Virus record (IMG/VR): IMGVR_UViG_3300028370_000001
Span: 1-57,902 of that record
Source of the DNA: a virus
Taxonomy: Duplodnaviria > Caudoviricetes
Length of the DNA stretch: 57,902 nt
Reading direction: 5' to 3' (one strand)
The number at the start of each line of letters is the position of its first letter. The stretch's first letter is position 1. The notes beneath the pieces are model-generated. The model was given only the letters and a program-made list of their open reading frames with translations, did not search any database and was not told the DNA's origin. Below are positions 17,835 to 26,502 of the stretch, one piece after another. The translations under genes and the position numbers were made by a program.

Positions 17835-18078
17835 TTTCTAGTATGCCTTTTATTGACTTGATGTTTTCGTCGATACGGCCAAGGGTTACTTCTTGCCTCT
17901 GGACTACACTGTTAACTGCTGTAATGTTATCTTTGTTTTCCTGGATGTTCCCAGTGTTGGTAGCAACAGTACCCGCTAGGTCAGTTAGGAACACTACAAG
18001 AATAATAGTTTGGATGACGATTGAAAAGATAAGTGTGATAGGGATAGTCTTCGAAAGGTGCCATGATTCGTTAGCCAT
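17821..18078 (-). CDS. Membrane protein (holin/antiholin-like)
   Basis: N-terminal TM plus coiled coil, next to endolysin. Confidence 0.5.
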   Translation of the reverse strand: MANESWHLSKTIPITLIFSIVIQTIILVVFLTDLAGTVATNTGNIQENKDNITAVNSVVQRQEVTLGRIDENIKSIKGILENVHQ

Positions 18079-18650
18079 TACTTCTTCACCTTGTTCTTAA
18101 ACTTATTCCACCAGGTGGTAAAAGGGTGTTCTTTCTTAACTTTAACCTGCCCGTACTTAATCTCTTGGAGTTCTTTCTGGTAGGCTCTAGCAACTTCCCT
18201 GATTTCACGCATCTTGTCTGCACCGTTGATGATACGTCGAGCGTTCATGTAGTCTGTGCCTTGAGCGTTGATGTAGTCACCGAGACCCTTGCCAGTGAAC
18301 CAACCTTCTCGGCTACCAAGAACGAGTATCTTTGCGGACACCCAAGGTTCCATAACGGAGTCAGGGTCAGTAGTGAGGTCTAGGCCAAGCTCACGGCCAG
18401 CTTTAATGTAGTTGTCTTCCCATGTAAGCTGAACGTATCCTCGCCCATACCAAGGCCAGTAACGTAGGTTCTTCTTTCGCCATGTAGAAGCATTGCGCAC
18501 CCAGTAAGCTTCTTTAACTGGTTTCATCGTGTGTGCTGTTTCCCACCATGCGGTGGCTAAGACGTAAGCAGCTTGGTCCAAAGAAAGACCGTAGACTTGG
18601 CACTCCTTTAGAATAATCTGAGTGTCGCCAAGGTTTAAGTTAATCTTCAT
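18078..18650 (-). CDS. Endolysin, GH19/lysozyme-like
   Basis: AYVLATAWWET, YGRGYVQLTWEDNY, ARRIING. Confidence 0.85.
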   Translation of the reverse strand: MKINLNLGDTQIILKECQVYGLSLDQAAYVLATAWWETAHTMKPVKEAYWVRNASTWRKKNLRYWPWYGRGYVQLTWEDNYIKAGRELGLDLTTDPDSVMEPWVSAKILVLGSREGWFTGKGLGDYINAQGTDYMNARRIINGADKMREIREVARAYQKELQEIKYGQVKVKKEHPFTTWWNKFKNKVKK

Positions 18651-18879
18651 CCCACTCTCTTCTCATATTAGGTTTATAGCAGTCGCTGGGCTTGAGGAAT
18701 CCCTCTTTACGCATAGCCCATTCTACGTGGTCAAGGGAGTATGACACCCCAGTGTCTTGACGTATGGCCTCCCGTACGTAGAAGACATCAGACATAGGGA
18801 TATGCACTCTCTCAGGGTTGTCTGAGTCCAGAAGGTTCTTGTAAAACTCTTCAATGACATTCTCACTTTTGTAGTACAT
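18640..18879 (-). CDS. Hypothetical protein, first gene of late arm
   Basis: 79 aa with AGGAAG RBS downstream of promoter. Confidence 0.7.
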   Translation of the reverse strand: MYYKSENVIEEFYKNLLDSDNPERVHIPMSDVFYVREAIRQDTGVSYSLDHVEWAMRKEGFLKPSDCYKPNMRREWDED

Positions 18880-18892
18880 ATTCTTCTTCCTA

Positions 18893-18920
18893 GTTATATT
18901 TATTTAGGGACACTTGTCAA
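18893..18920 (-). promoter_or_regulatory. Sigma70-like late promoter
   Basis: TTGACA-N16-TATAAC, same geometry as capsid promoter. Confidence 0.6.
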
Positions 18921-18960
18921 CCGTTACTTCGTCTTTGATGACAAGAAAGGTTTTACCTCC

Positions 18961-19106
18961 TACCCTAAGTATAAAACCCTAAGTATAAACTAAGAGTCTT
19001 TTATAGTTTAGAGGAGTATACCTAAGTATAAGACCTTAAGTATACCCTGTTATACTACATGTATACTTATAGTATATAATATAGTGCATGTAGCCCCGGT
19101 TGTCAA
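18961..19106 (-). repeat. AT-rich repeat element A with leftward promoter
   Basis: CC(T)TAAGTATA x4; TTGACA-N17-TATATT at 19106-19078. Confidence 0.6.
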
Positions 19107-19441
19107 GGGGTACCCAGGGTTTATTTACCTTAATGTAGCTTTTCCTCTAAGTACTTACCACTAAAGTTCCTTACACTGGTCACTTCACACTCTCATAAGC
19201 CTAGGAGTACCCAGGGTTCTGTCCTTATCTTGTCATTTAGAGGACCAACCTTCCTACACCACATCAAATTACCACACTAATCCCTTGGTTTACACCATAA
19301 AAGACTAACCGTTGTACTACAAGTATATACTACAAGTGTTAACTGCTCCAAAGTACTTACCAATATGTAAAAATACCCCCCGCTGTCAAAGGGCGTATAT
19401 AAATAACGTACGGCCCCCCGGTGGCCCCTGCACCCCTAGCT

Positions 19442-19467
19442 TGAACGTGGTTCATGAACGTGGTTCA
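19442..19467. repeat. Tandem 13-bp palindrome TGAACGTGGTTCA x2
   Basis: Direct reading; operator-like. Confidence 0.75.
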
Positions 19468-19494
19468 CAGGATAAATAACACCATTCTACTAGC

Positions 19495-19507
19495 TAAACC
19501 ATTGATA
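19495..19507. promoter_or_regulatory. IHF consensus site
   Basis: TAA-ACCA-TTGATA matches YAANNNNTTGATW. Confidence 0.45.
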
Positions 19508-19583
19508 TAACACGATAGTTTACACAATTAGTCATCGTGTATGTCCTTTTTGTCACACCTAGTGGGGTATCTGAGTACCGTTG

Positions 19584-19598
19584 TGTTATATCATAACA
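19584..19598. promoter_or_regulatory. Zur box-like palindrome
   Basis: TGTTAT-ATC-ATAACA. Confidence 0.5.
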
Positions 19599-19751
19599 GT
19601 ATGCATCACGTGGGCTAGCGCCATGTAACCATAACGCAACACTGCTGTGCCATTTATACCACATACATCCTCACAGCCACACAGAGGGCCGCTACAAGCC
19701 CTTCTTACGTTTTACCTAGGGTCAGGTCACTAAAACTCAGGTTGACGATTT

Positions 19752-19819
19752 GTTCACCCCTTGTTCTACTTTGTTCACCCCTTGTTCTACTTTGTTCACC
19801 CCTTGTTCTGGTTACGTTC
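19752..19819. promoter_or_regulatory. Array of four alphaproteobacterial LexA boxes within a 21-bp tandem repeat
   Basis: GTTC-N7-GTTC at 19752, 19773, 19794, 19805. Confidence 0.65.
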
Positions 19820-19826
19820 CTCAGCC

Positions 19827-19863
19827 ATGCTCTGAGCGCATAGCTCTTATGCAATCTTAGCAC
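19827..19863. promoter_or_regulatory. Tandem LysR-type (T-N11-A) sites
   Basis: ATGC-N7-GCAT and ATGC-N7-GCAC, 22 bp apart. Confidence 0.35.
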
Positions 19864-20263
19864 TGGTCATTCTGCTGCACAATTCCTAACATACTTAGGG
19901 ATTCTTTACGTGATAAATGTTACAAACGCTGTAATATTTCGTGATTTGCTAGGTAGTCGGTTTCATGACCTTAATGTCTTACGAAACGACCACCGGTAGA
20001 CGGTCCACTTAGTCTCCACGTTCTTTATATTTCCACCCTGTTCAGGGTTCCCTTTGTCCTAGGGGTCGCGCCTCACTAGCGCATGGACACATACAAGGGT
20101 CGCAAGACTTTCCCCTAGGGGTTCACTTGGCCCGCTTCACATTTTCAACAGTGTGCACAGTGTCTGATAGGTGTGATGTAGTGTCACCTGTAAAAAAGTT
20201 TCGGCTAAGACCCGACTACTCAGACAAGCGTTAGCTATAAGCATTTATTGCAATGGGTTCCCC

Positions 20264-20281
20264 TTGTCATAATAGTGTCAA
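20264..20281 (+). promoter_or_regulatory. Pho box-like direct repeat
   Basis: TTGTCAT-AATA-GTGTCAA, 11-bp period. Confidence 0.4.
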
Positions 20282-20551
20282 TTTACCTTTTAAAGGTCGG
20301 TTGCCTGTTATGCTTTGACCCATAGTCGATAGGTGCGCGATAAGTCTAACCTAGGGATATATGCGTGAACGCAACGGGCTAACCCCTAAACGCTTTACGT
20401 GATGAGACAATACAACTAAACACGACTTAATGAGGGGTCCAAAACCCTAACACTGCCCTAACAGGTGGTGTTTTTTACGTTGTGTTTTAGTTGTGTCTTA
20501 TGGAGTGTTACACGGTGTAGCATTCCTTGGATACAACTAAAGGTGTATAAA

Positions 20552-21085
20552 ATGACTACTTTTACTTTCAAGATGGATGATGCTCAGATTATCGCTGGTA
20601 TTAAAAGCGTTGGACAACGTTCTAAGTCTATTCGCGTTGACATCCAGAAACTTGCGGTGTCAATCACACTAAACTGGGCGAAGGCTGGGGCAGCAAATAT
20701 TGCTGCTGAACGTATGACTGACCTACTGAATAATATGGACCCAAGCCATAAACAGAAGCTAGTAAATTGGTGTGACTCTTTTTGCGGGTTTTCTTTGGTG
20801 GATAACAAAGATGGTGAAAAGGTGTTTGCCTATAGCCGAACAAAAATGAGTGAGAAGCAATGGGGTGAGGCGAAAGCTGCCAACCTGTTTGACTTCACAC
20901 CTGACTTGCCGCCTGTTGCCTTCAACTTCAAGGCTAAGTTTGCACAGTTGATTGCTGCTGCTGAAAAGCGTAGCGCCGTGACTGATGCGACGAAGCGTAA
21001 CGCAGATGATGATATCCCTGCTGAGCTGGTGGCCAGTGCTAAGGCACTGCTCGCTGCAATGCCAGAGGTTGAACCTGACTTCTAA
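20552..21085 (+). CDS. Hypothetical early protein (first gene of plus arm)
   Basis: ATG 20552 after AAGGTG; followed by terminator. Confidence 0.75.
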   Translation: MTTFTFKMDDAQIIAGIKSVGQRSKSIRVDIQKLAVSITLNWAKAGAANIAAERMTDLLNNMDPSHKQKLVNWCDSFCGFSLVDNKDGEKVFAYSRTKMSEKQWGEAKAANLFDFTPDLPPVAFNFKAKFAQLIAAAEKRSAVTDATKRNADDDIPAELVASAKALLAAMPEVEPDF

Positions 21086-21110
21086 AGACGGATCAAATGA
21101 TTTAACTGTA

Positions 21111-21145
21111 AGCACCCTGTAAGGTTATACTTATGGGGTGTTTCT
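21111..21145 (+). terminator. Intrinsic terminator
   Basis: AGCACCCTGTAAG-loop-CTTATGGGGTGTT then TTCT. Confidence 0.55.
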
Positions 21146-21153
21146 ATGTCTGG

Positions 21154-21189
21154 TTAAGCGTAGCTTAACTGTAATTAACCTACGGTTAA
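21154..21189. promoter_or_regulatory. Two tandem CtrA boxes
   Basis: TTAA-N7-TTAA at 21154-21168 and 21175-21189. Confidence 0.55.
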
Positions 21190-21362
21190 TGCTAATCATG
21201 GGGAGAAAAACTATGGTCGTCAATAAGGAAGTGTTGTGAAGGTGTATACTATGGTAAACATAGTCACTGGTAAGGTGGTGCTTGAGACCTGCACACTTGA
21301 TGATTGGATACGTCACGAGAATAGAAACGTGATGGAATTGAAACCTAAGAAAGGATAACCCA

Positions 21363-21455
21363 ATGCTACGTACCTTCCTCACTGACACCCTTGGTATTAT
21401 GTCCATTGCTACTATGGTGTATGTACTACCGTTTATAGCTTATGGGTTGCAGTAG
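21363..21455 (+). CDS. 30-aa hydrophobic peptide
   Basis: MLRTFLTDTLGIMSIATMVYVLPFIAYGLQ; RBS AAGGA. Confidence 0.5.
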   Translation: MLRTFLTDTLGIMSIATMVYVLPFIAYGLQ

Positions 21456-21694
21456 TTTACTGCGCCAAGCGTCCGGCTTCCTAAGGCAAGACCAAGGACG
21501 GTAAACCCTCTGGTGTCTGGAGTCTAGACTTTGGATGACGGCGGGGTAGCTAGCGTAGCAGCGGCTGTTATGGGCCTTACCTTACTGTTTGTGTACGTAG
21601 GACCCATGATGCCTGAAGATGGTGCCGTGGTGCCTCTCGCTGGGAGTGTCACACCCTGTCAGGACAACGTAACCCCTCAACTAGGAGAGTAACA

Positions 21695-21883
21695 ATGGAA
21701 AACTCTGTACTTATCAGCGTCAACACAGCTGAACGTCTTGCTAAGCGGGTACCACGAGCGATGGGTACAGTAGTTATCCGTCGTGTCTACAAAAGGTTTG
21801 CCCACCAAGGCTACTCACTTGTGGTCAATGGCAAGCCTCTCAATGAACGAGCGATGTCTTTGCTCAGCAACGAACAACGTTAG
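21695..21883 (+). CDS. Hypothetical protein
   Basis: RBS AGGAG. Confidence 0.65.
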   Translation: MENSVLISVNTAERLAKRVPRAMGTVVIRRVYKRFAHQGYSLVVNGKPLNERAMSLLSNEQR

Positions 21884-21938
21884 GGTATACTATGAAATAT
21901 AAGCTTACCAAGAAGCAAGTAAGGTACCAGTTAAACTA

Positions 21939-22045
21939 ACCTAGGGTATATACTCTAAGTATCTACTCTTCTAAACCCTTAAATACCTTAAGTATACTTA
22001 GGGTATAATAAGATACACTAAAAGAAACTTAAGTCAAGGAGAAAG
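21939..22045. repeat. AT-rich repeat element B
   Basis: Homologous to 28139-28262; leftward TTGACT-N16-TATCTT. Confidence 0.7.
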
Positions 22046-22047
22046 TT

Positions 22048-22443
22048 ATGCTAGAGTTTGTGCTCTTTGCTATCGACGACGGACACAACTTACACAAGCG
22101 CAAGAAGTTTATGCACTACGTGGATACTCTCCGTGCCATGGGTAAAGCATCTACGGTGCACCTTTGTGTTGGTAAGTATAAGGGGAATCTTGAAGGCTCT
22201 TACCTTATGCTCTCAAAAGACTATGACAACCACATACAAGGGCGTGAGTATGTCAAGTATCAAGAGAGTGTACTCAGGGTACCTGGTGACACTCGACAGC
22301 CCTGTGTGCTTGAGTTCTCTGATGGAAGTTCTATCGTAGCTGGAGGTATGTCACAAGTGTCCCCTGAAGCAGCAATGAAACTTGATAGTTGGACCTACGT
22401 AGAGGAGACAGGTAAGTACTTTACCTGTGGTTCCTTTGTTTAG
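22048..22443 (+). CDS. Hypothetical protein
   Basis: RBS AAGGAG. Confidence 0.75.
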   Translation: MLEFVLFAIDDGHNLHKRKKFMHYVDTLRAMGKASTVHLCVGKYKGNLEGSYLMLSKDYDNHIQGREYVKYQESVLRVPGDTRQPCVLEFSDGSSIVAGGMSQVSPEAAMKLDSWTYVEETGKYFTCGSFV

Positions 22444-22657
22444 TGTGGGTGACAGGGTACAGTGTGGAGATGGCAATGAAGTATTCACAGTCACTGCTGT
22501 TACTGACGCTCCACCCCGGGTAAGCTTAGGTGGTACCCGCGACCATTGGTATCCCTCACGTATATTCACTCTAGTAACCCCTGTTGCTCCTGTCAAGCCT
22601 AAACTAACAGGTATGGCTCAGTTCCTAAAGGATACGGAGGATAAATATGTCACGTAA
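22427..22657 (+). CDS. Small SH3/KOW-like protein, paralog of 28266..28475
   Basis: FSVGDRV; C-terminal KPKLTGMAQFLKDTE. Confidence 0.6.
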   Translation: MVPLFSVGDRVQCGDGNEVFTVTAVTDAPPRVSLGGTRDHWYPSRIFTLVTPVAPVKPKLTGMAQFLKDTEDKYVT

Positions 22658-22952
22658 AGTACTAGGTATCACTGCTCACTTCCGTAGACAAGACGGTAAA
22701 CCAGAGCTTGATATGGAGAAGATCAACCCTGACTGGTCCTACGCCCTTGATAATCCCCGGAGTACCCTATGTAGCTCCTCCTTAAACACACTCCTAGAGA
22801 CAGGAAAAGGATTATCAAGAGCCTTTACATGGTCATCTACTCCTCAAGGGAGGGGGTACTGGTCTCGTCTCTGTGAAAACGGTGACGGGTGTGCTATCCT
22901 CTCGGAGGAAGACAAGGAGTATACCCGCTATCTCATGAGGGAGCACACCTAA
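22647..22952 (+). CDS. Hypothetical protein
   Basis: RBS GGAGG; AFTWSSTPQGRGYW. Confidence 0.7.
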   Translation: MSRKVLGITAHFRRQDGKPELDMEKINPDWSYALDNPRSTLCSSSLNTLLETGKGLSRAFTWSSTPQGRGYWSRLCENGDGCAILSEEDKEYTRYLMREHT

Positions 22953-22997
22953 TGAATTACAATGAGTTTATGCGTAAGCTAGACGGAAGGAAATCAA

Positions 22998-23954
22998 ATG
23001 ACACTACTAATCGTACGACGGAGACGCCTCGGGCACTCGACTTGCAAGGCATTATCAGGTTTGCTATCAGACTTGGGCACTCCGAACAAAGTTTGGCGCA
23101 ACGACCAAACGTTCCCGACCTCCGAGAGGCTAGCTTCTGGGCAGGGTTTGACGGGTATCGTGCGTTGGGGGTGTACGGCGACGGTACCACGATCTTCTAC
23201 TGCTCGGGTGCCTGTTATAAACTTAGCCTCGGGGATACACCAAGTGAACAACAAGACCCAGTTCCTCCTGAAGCTACAAGAGAGTATGCTGGATCAGACG
23301 GGCTTGCTTCCCGTGTTGACTAGTATGAACGTATCTATGGGTGCAGGTTCCGGTGGGACACAAGTGACAGATGGCAACCAACAGTGGGTAGTGAGACCCC
23401 ACCAGCACAGCCAAGGGAGGAACCTAGAGGTGTTAACTCAATCGCAACTGAGCACGAGACTCGCACAAGGGAGTCTGAACGGGCACTATGCGAGACCCTT
23501 AATCGAGAAGAAAGCAGAGTACAGGGTTTACGTGGTGAATGGGAGGGTTGTGAACGTAGCTCAGAAGACCCCTGGTGATCCCTCTTCAGTAGCATGGAAC
23601 GTGGCTCAAGGTGGGAGGTTTGACAACCTACGCTGGGGTGACTGGCCTATGAAGGTGGTTGACCTTGCTTGTCGTGTCTTCCCTCACACAGGGTTGAACA
23701 TCACAGGTATTGACATCATGGTTGACCACGATGATGAGGCGTGGTTCATCGAGGCTAACTCCGCCCCCTCACTGCCCTTCAACTCCGATGGGTCCACTAC
23801 CTACCGCCAAGAGTGTATTGCAAAAGCGATACACTACACACTGACAGTTAACAAGGACATGATTGATGCCGAAACAAACAACGGGTGGCGGGGCTACGTA
23901 CATCCAGCAATCTGGTCAACGACGAGAGAAAGCGAAGCAAGGGTTCAAAGCTAA
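22998..23954 (+). CDS. ATP-grasp ligase (RimK-like)
   Basis: EYRVYV, WNVAQGG, GIDIM, FIEANSAP. Confidence 0.85.
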   Translation: MTLLIVRRRRLGHSTCKALSGLLSDLGTPNKVWRNDQTFPTSERLASGQGLTGIVRWGCTATVPRSSTARVPVINLASGIHQVNNKTQFLLKLQESMLDQTGLLPVLTSMNVSMGAGSGGTQVTDGNQQWVVRPHQHSQGRNLEVLTQSQLSTRLAQGSLNGHYARPLIEKKAEYRVYVVNGRVVNVAQKTPGDPSSVAWNVAQGGRFDNLRWGDWPMKVVDLACRVFPHTGLNITGIDIMVDHDDEAWFIEANSAPSLPFNSDGSTTYRQECIAKAIHYTLTVNKDMIDAETNNGWRGYVHPAIWSTTRESEARVQS

Positions 23955-24339
23955 CCCTCGGGTCTTTGTCTACGGAACACTCAAGGAAGGGTACGGTAAC
24001 AACCGTTTGCTTTCTCACTCGAAGTTCCTTGGCGCTGCTCAAAGTGTCGGTAACTTCGTGCTTGGTAACGTAGGTTTTCCCTATGCTTTCCCTTCTGACG
24101 CAGTGCCAGAGCAGTACAAAAAGCTTTGCTTCCCTGTGGTGGGTGAGCTTTATGAGGCTGACAGTGTAGAATCTTTCCTCAGCCTTGACTTCCTAGAGGG
24201 TTACCCCTCTCACTACGACAGGCGTATCACAATGTTTGACAATGACGTCAACGCTTGGATGTACGTTCAACCTGACTGGTACAACGCACGGTATTGTGAT
24301 GCGTGTACCTTAGAGAATGGAGTTTGGTCATGGCCTTGA
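23866..24339 (+). CDS. Gamma-glutamylcyclotransferase (AIG2-like)
   Basis: VFVYGTLK..N, GELYE, LDFLEGYPSHYDR; start uncertain, overlaps upstream gene by ~90 nt. Confidence 0.85.
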   Translation: MPKQTTGGGATYIQQSGQRREKAKQGFKANPRVFVYGTLKEGYGNNRLLSHSKFLGAAQSVGNFVLGNVGFPYAFPSDAVPEQYKKLCFPVVGELYEADSVESFLSLDFLEGYPSHYDRRITMFDNDVNAWMYVQPDWYNARYCDACTLENGVWSWP

Positions 24340-25205
24340 CACTAGACCGGAGCGGAAGCTTCCCTCGTGTTGCTACAAAACGTAAGACAAAAGTTTCTGT
24401 TGGCTTCGAGTGGGAGGTACCAGCAGACATAGAGGAACCAGAGTGTACCTGTTGTGAGGAAGGATACATAGACGAGGATGGTAATCGAGAGGAATACTGT
24501 TCATACTGTTGCGGGGAAGACGGCTCTAGGGTAGACCTCAACCGTGTGACAAAAGACTTCATTGAGACACACGGTTTCCGTACTCACATTGAGTGCGGCG
24601 GTACAGAGTTTGCATCTCCTGTGTTTGGTAATATCACAACAGCACGTAGGGTTGCTGGTCTCCTTAAAGGTGTGGCCTTACAGGACCGTGCCCTTGGCCC
24701 AGAGGTGGCTGACTACAATGCCTGCGGTATACACGTTCACACAGGACACACTGACTGGAACAAAGGGGTTGGTTATGAGTACTCTACTGACGTAGAGTCT
24801 GTCTATGCGCAGGTTGTCTCTATGCTAAACCGTAAGAGTTCTGCTGCTTTTGTGCTGGAGTTTTCTGGGCGGGAGAATGGTAACACACATTACCTTACTC
24901 AAGCTGTGTCTTCTTGCTGGGACTATACTGAGGGTGTTACCACACCAACGAGAGAGCAGCTCTCCTACATGAGATGTATGAAAATGGTTCGTCCCAATTG
25001 TTTTGGAAGAATAGGCACTGTTGAGTATCGTCTGTGGGATGCTGCTGAAGACAGGTTGATCCCTGCTATTGAATTTGCCCATGCCTGCACGACCTTCATC
25101 ACTCGACGTAAGGATATCCCTTACCTCAAAGAGTTTAAACTGTGGCTTGACAGGCAGTCAGGGTACAAAGTTTTGAAACAAGACAACGCTTGGCGTTTAC
25201 TCTAA
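24330..25205 (+). CDS. Amidoligase (COOH-NH2 ligase) with Cys-rich insertion
   Basis: GFEWE, EFASP, CGIHVH, TVEYR. Confidence 0.8.
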   Translation: MALTLDRSGSFPRVATKRKTKVSVGFEWEVPADIEEPECTCCEEGYIDEDGNREEYCSYCCGEDGSRVDLNRVTKDFIETHGFRTHIECGGTEFASPVFGNITTARRVAGLLKGVALQDRALGPEVADYNACGIHVHTGHTDWNKGVGYEYSTDVESVYAQVVSMLNRKSSAAFVLEFSGRENGNTHYLTQAVSSCWDYTEGVTTPTREQLSYMRCMKMVRPNCFGRIGTVEYRLWDAAEDRLIPAIEFAHACTTFITRRKDIPYLKEFKLWLDRQSGYKVLKQDNAWRLL

Positions 25206-25215
25206 GGAAAACCAC

Positions 25216-26502
25216 ATGACCTATGTAACACTCAAACTCGATAACTGCTTCCTCGTGTCAACAGTAAGGGATGACTGGGTACGGATTGATGGCTCACCCA
25301 TTGCACCATACACTGATCGTTGGTTTCAGGACCCGGCGTTCATTGCCTCTCTTGCGACCAACACTTGGGGCTCTGTTATAGCTTTCGTAAAGAAGAACGA
25401 AGATGAACTAAGAGCGGGCATCTACACGGGATACTTTATCTCTGACCTGCTATCCACCCCGGAAGAGGTTCTCTCTAAGCCGGTGGTCAAAGTAAACCTA
25501 GGAAATATAAGGGACTCTACTTCGGTGCTCTTCACAGAACCTCAGGGGGGTGCAAAACCGTATGTACAGTATGATGGTTTCTCCAAGCAACCTAACTTTC
25601 CTCTGACAAAGAGGAGCACTGCGGTCTTCTTAAACGTATACTCCTCAGCCTACGTACGGGGTTTGAACAGTACCATGACAGCCGTTCGTACCCCTTCTCA
25701 GGTTATGAACTACACGTATCGTCCTGACTACAAGTTCATGGCTATGCCTAAGGAAAAGACAGAGTGTTTCTTTGGTCTTGAGCTGGAGGTTAACTCAAGG
25801 ATTCCTTGGGACGATGTCTACCGCACAATGACAGAGGTCTTCCCTGTCCAAGAACCATTCATCTTTGCTAAGTCTGACTCCAGTATTAGCGGAGATTTTC
25901 TTAACAGTTACGAGATTGTCTCACACCCTATGTCACCCCGGCGTATGCGGGCCGAGTTCAGAATCCTGTTTACCAAACTTGAGAGACTCCTTAAGGAGAA
26001 GAACATGGTATGGGAAGAGAACTTTGACATGGTAACTAAGAGTACAGGTATACACGTCCATGTCTCTAAGACAGCGTTCACTCCTTTGTCTCGGACACAC
26101 ATGAAGAAGTTCATGCTCTTATGGAACACTTCAGGCTCGACGGTCTCCTCATTCACGTCTCAACTTGCCTGCCGTGAGACTAAAGGCAACCACTACATCA
26201 AACCTGCTGAGAGTTACCGTGGTCGTTCCCTTGCTTGGATGCTTCGGGAAGGTAAGAATAGTGAGCGTTACGCAGCCTGTAACGAGACACGGGAAACTGT
26301 TGAGGTCCGTGTCTTTCGTGGTCAACCTTGTCTCAAAGCTGTGTGTCACGCTATCGACACAACAGAAGCTATGCTCAAGTTTACTGAGCAGGCGTCGATG
26401 TCTCAACTGAACCGTCGCTTCCCTACCGCTTTCAAGTCTTGGTTGGGTAAACAGAACAAGAACTCTTATCGTTCCTTGAAGGAGACTCTCAAATGTGCTT
26501 AA
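25216..26502 (+). CDS. Second amidoligase
   Basis: FGLELE, KSDSSI, EIVSHP, TGIHVHVS, RY..N, TVEVRVFRG. Confidence 0.85.
   Translation: MTYVTLKLDNCFLVSTVRDDWVRIDGSPIAPYTDRWFQDPAFIASLATNTWGSVIAFVKKNEDELRAGIYTGYFISDLLSTPEEVLSKPVVKVNLGNIRDSTSVLFTEPQGGAKPYVQYDGFSKQPNFPLTKRSTAVFLNVYSSAYVRGLNSTMTAVRTPSQVMNYTYRPDYKFMAMPKEKTECFFGLELEVNSRIPWDDVYRTMTEVFPVQEPFIFAKSDSSISGDFLNSYEIVSHPMSPRRMRAEFRILFTKLERLLKEKNMVWEENFDMVTKSTGIHVHVSKTAFTPLSRTHMKKFMLLWNTSGSTVSSFTSQLACRETKGNHYIKPAESYRGRSLAWMLREGKNSERYAACNETRETVEVRVFRGQPCLKAVCHAIDTTEAMLKFTEQASMSQLNRRFPTAFKSWLGKQNKNSYRSLKETLKCA

Noticed and set aside
19751-19810. CRISPR mini-array
   Set aside because: Contiguous 21-bp units without unique spacers; the Cas4-like nuclease is a usual phage exonuclease
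20420-20490. Hammerhead ribozyme
   Set aside because: Three-stem layout, but the core reads TTAATGA/TAAC rather than CTGANGA/GAAA
21484-21552. c-di-GMP-I riboswitch
   Set aside because: Partial word similarity only; the GNRA-capped stem is missing
18880-21700. tRNA genes
   Set aside because: No cloverleaf with a T-loop consensus found by eye; tRNAscan-SE or ARAGORN would be decisive
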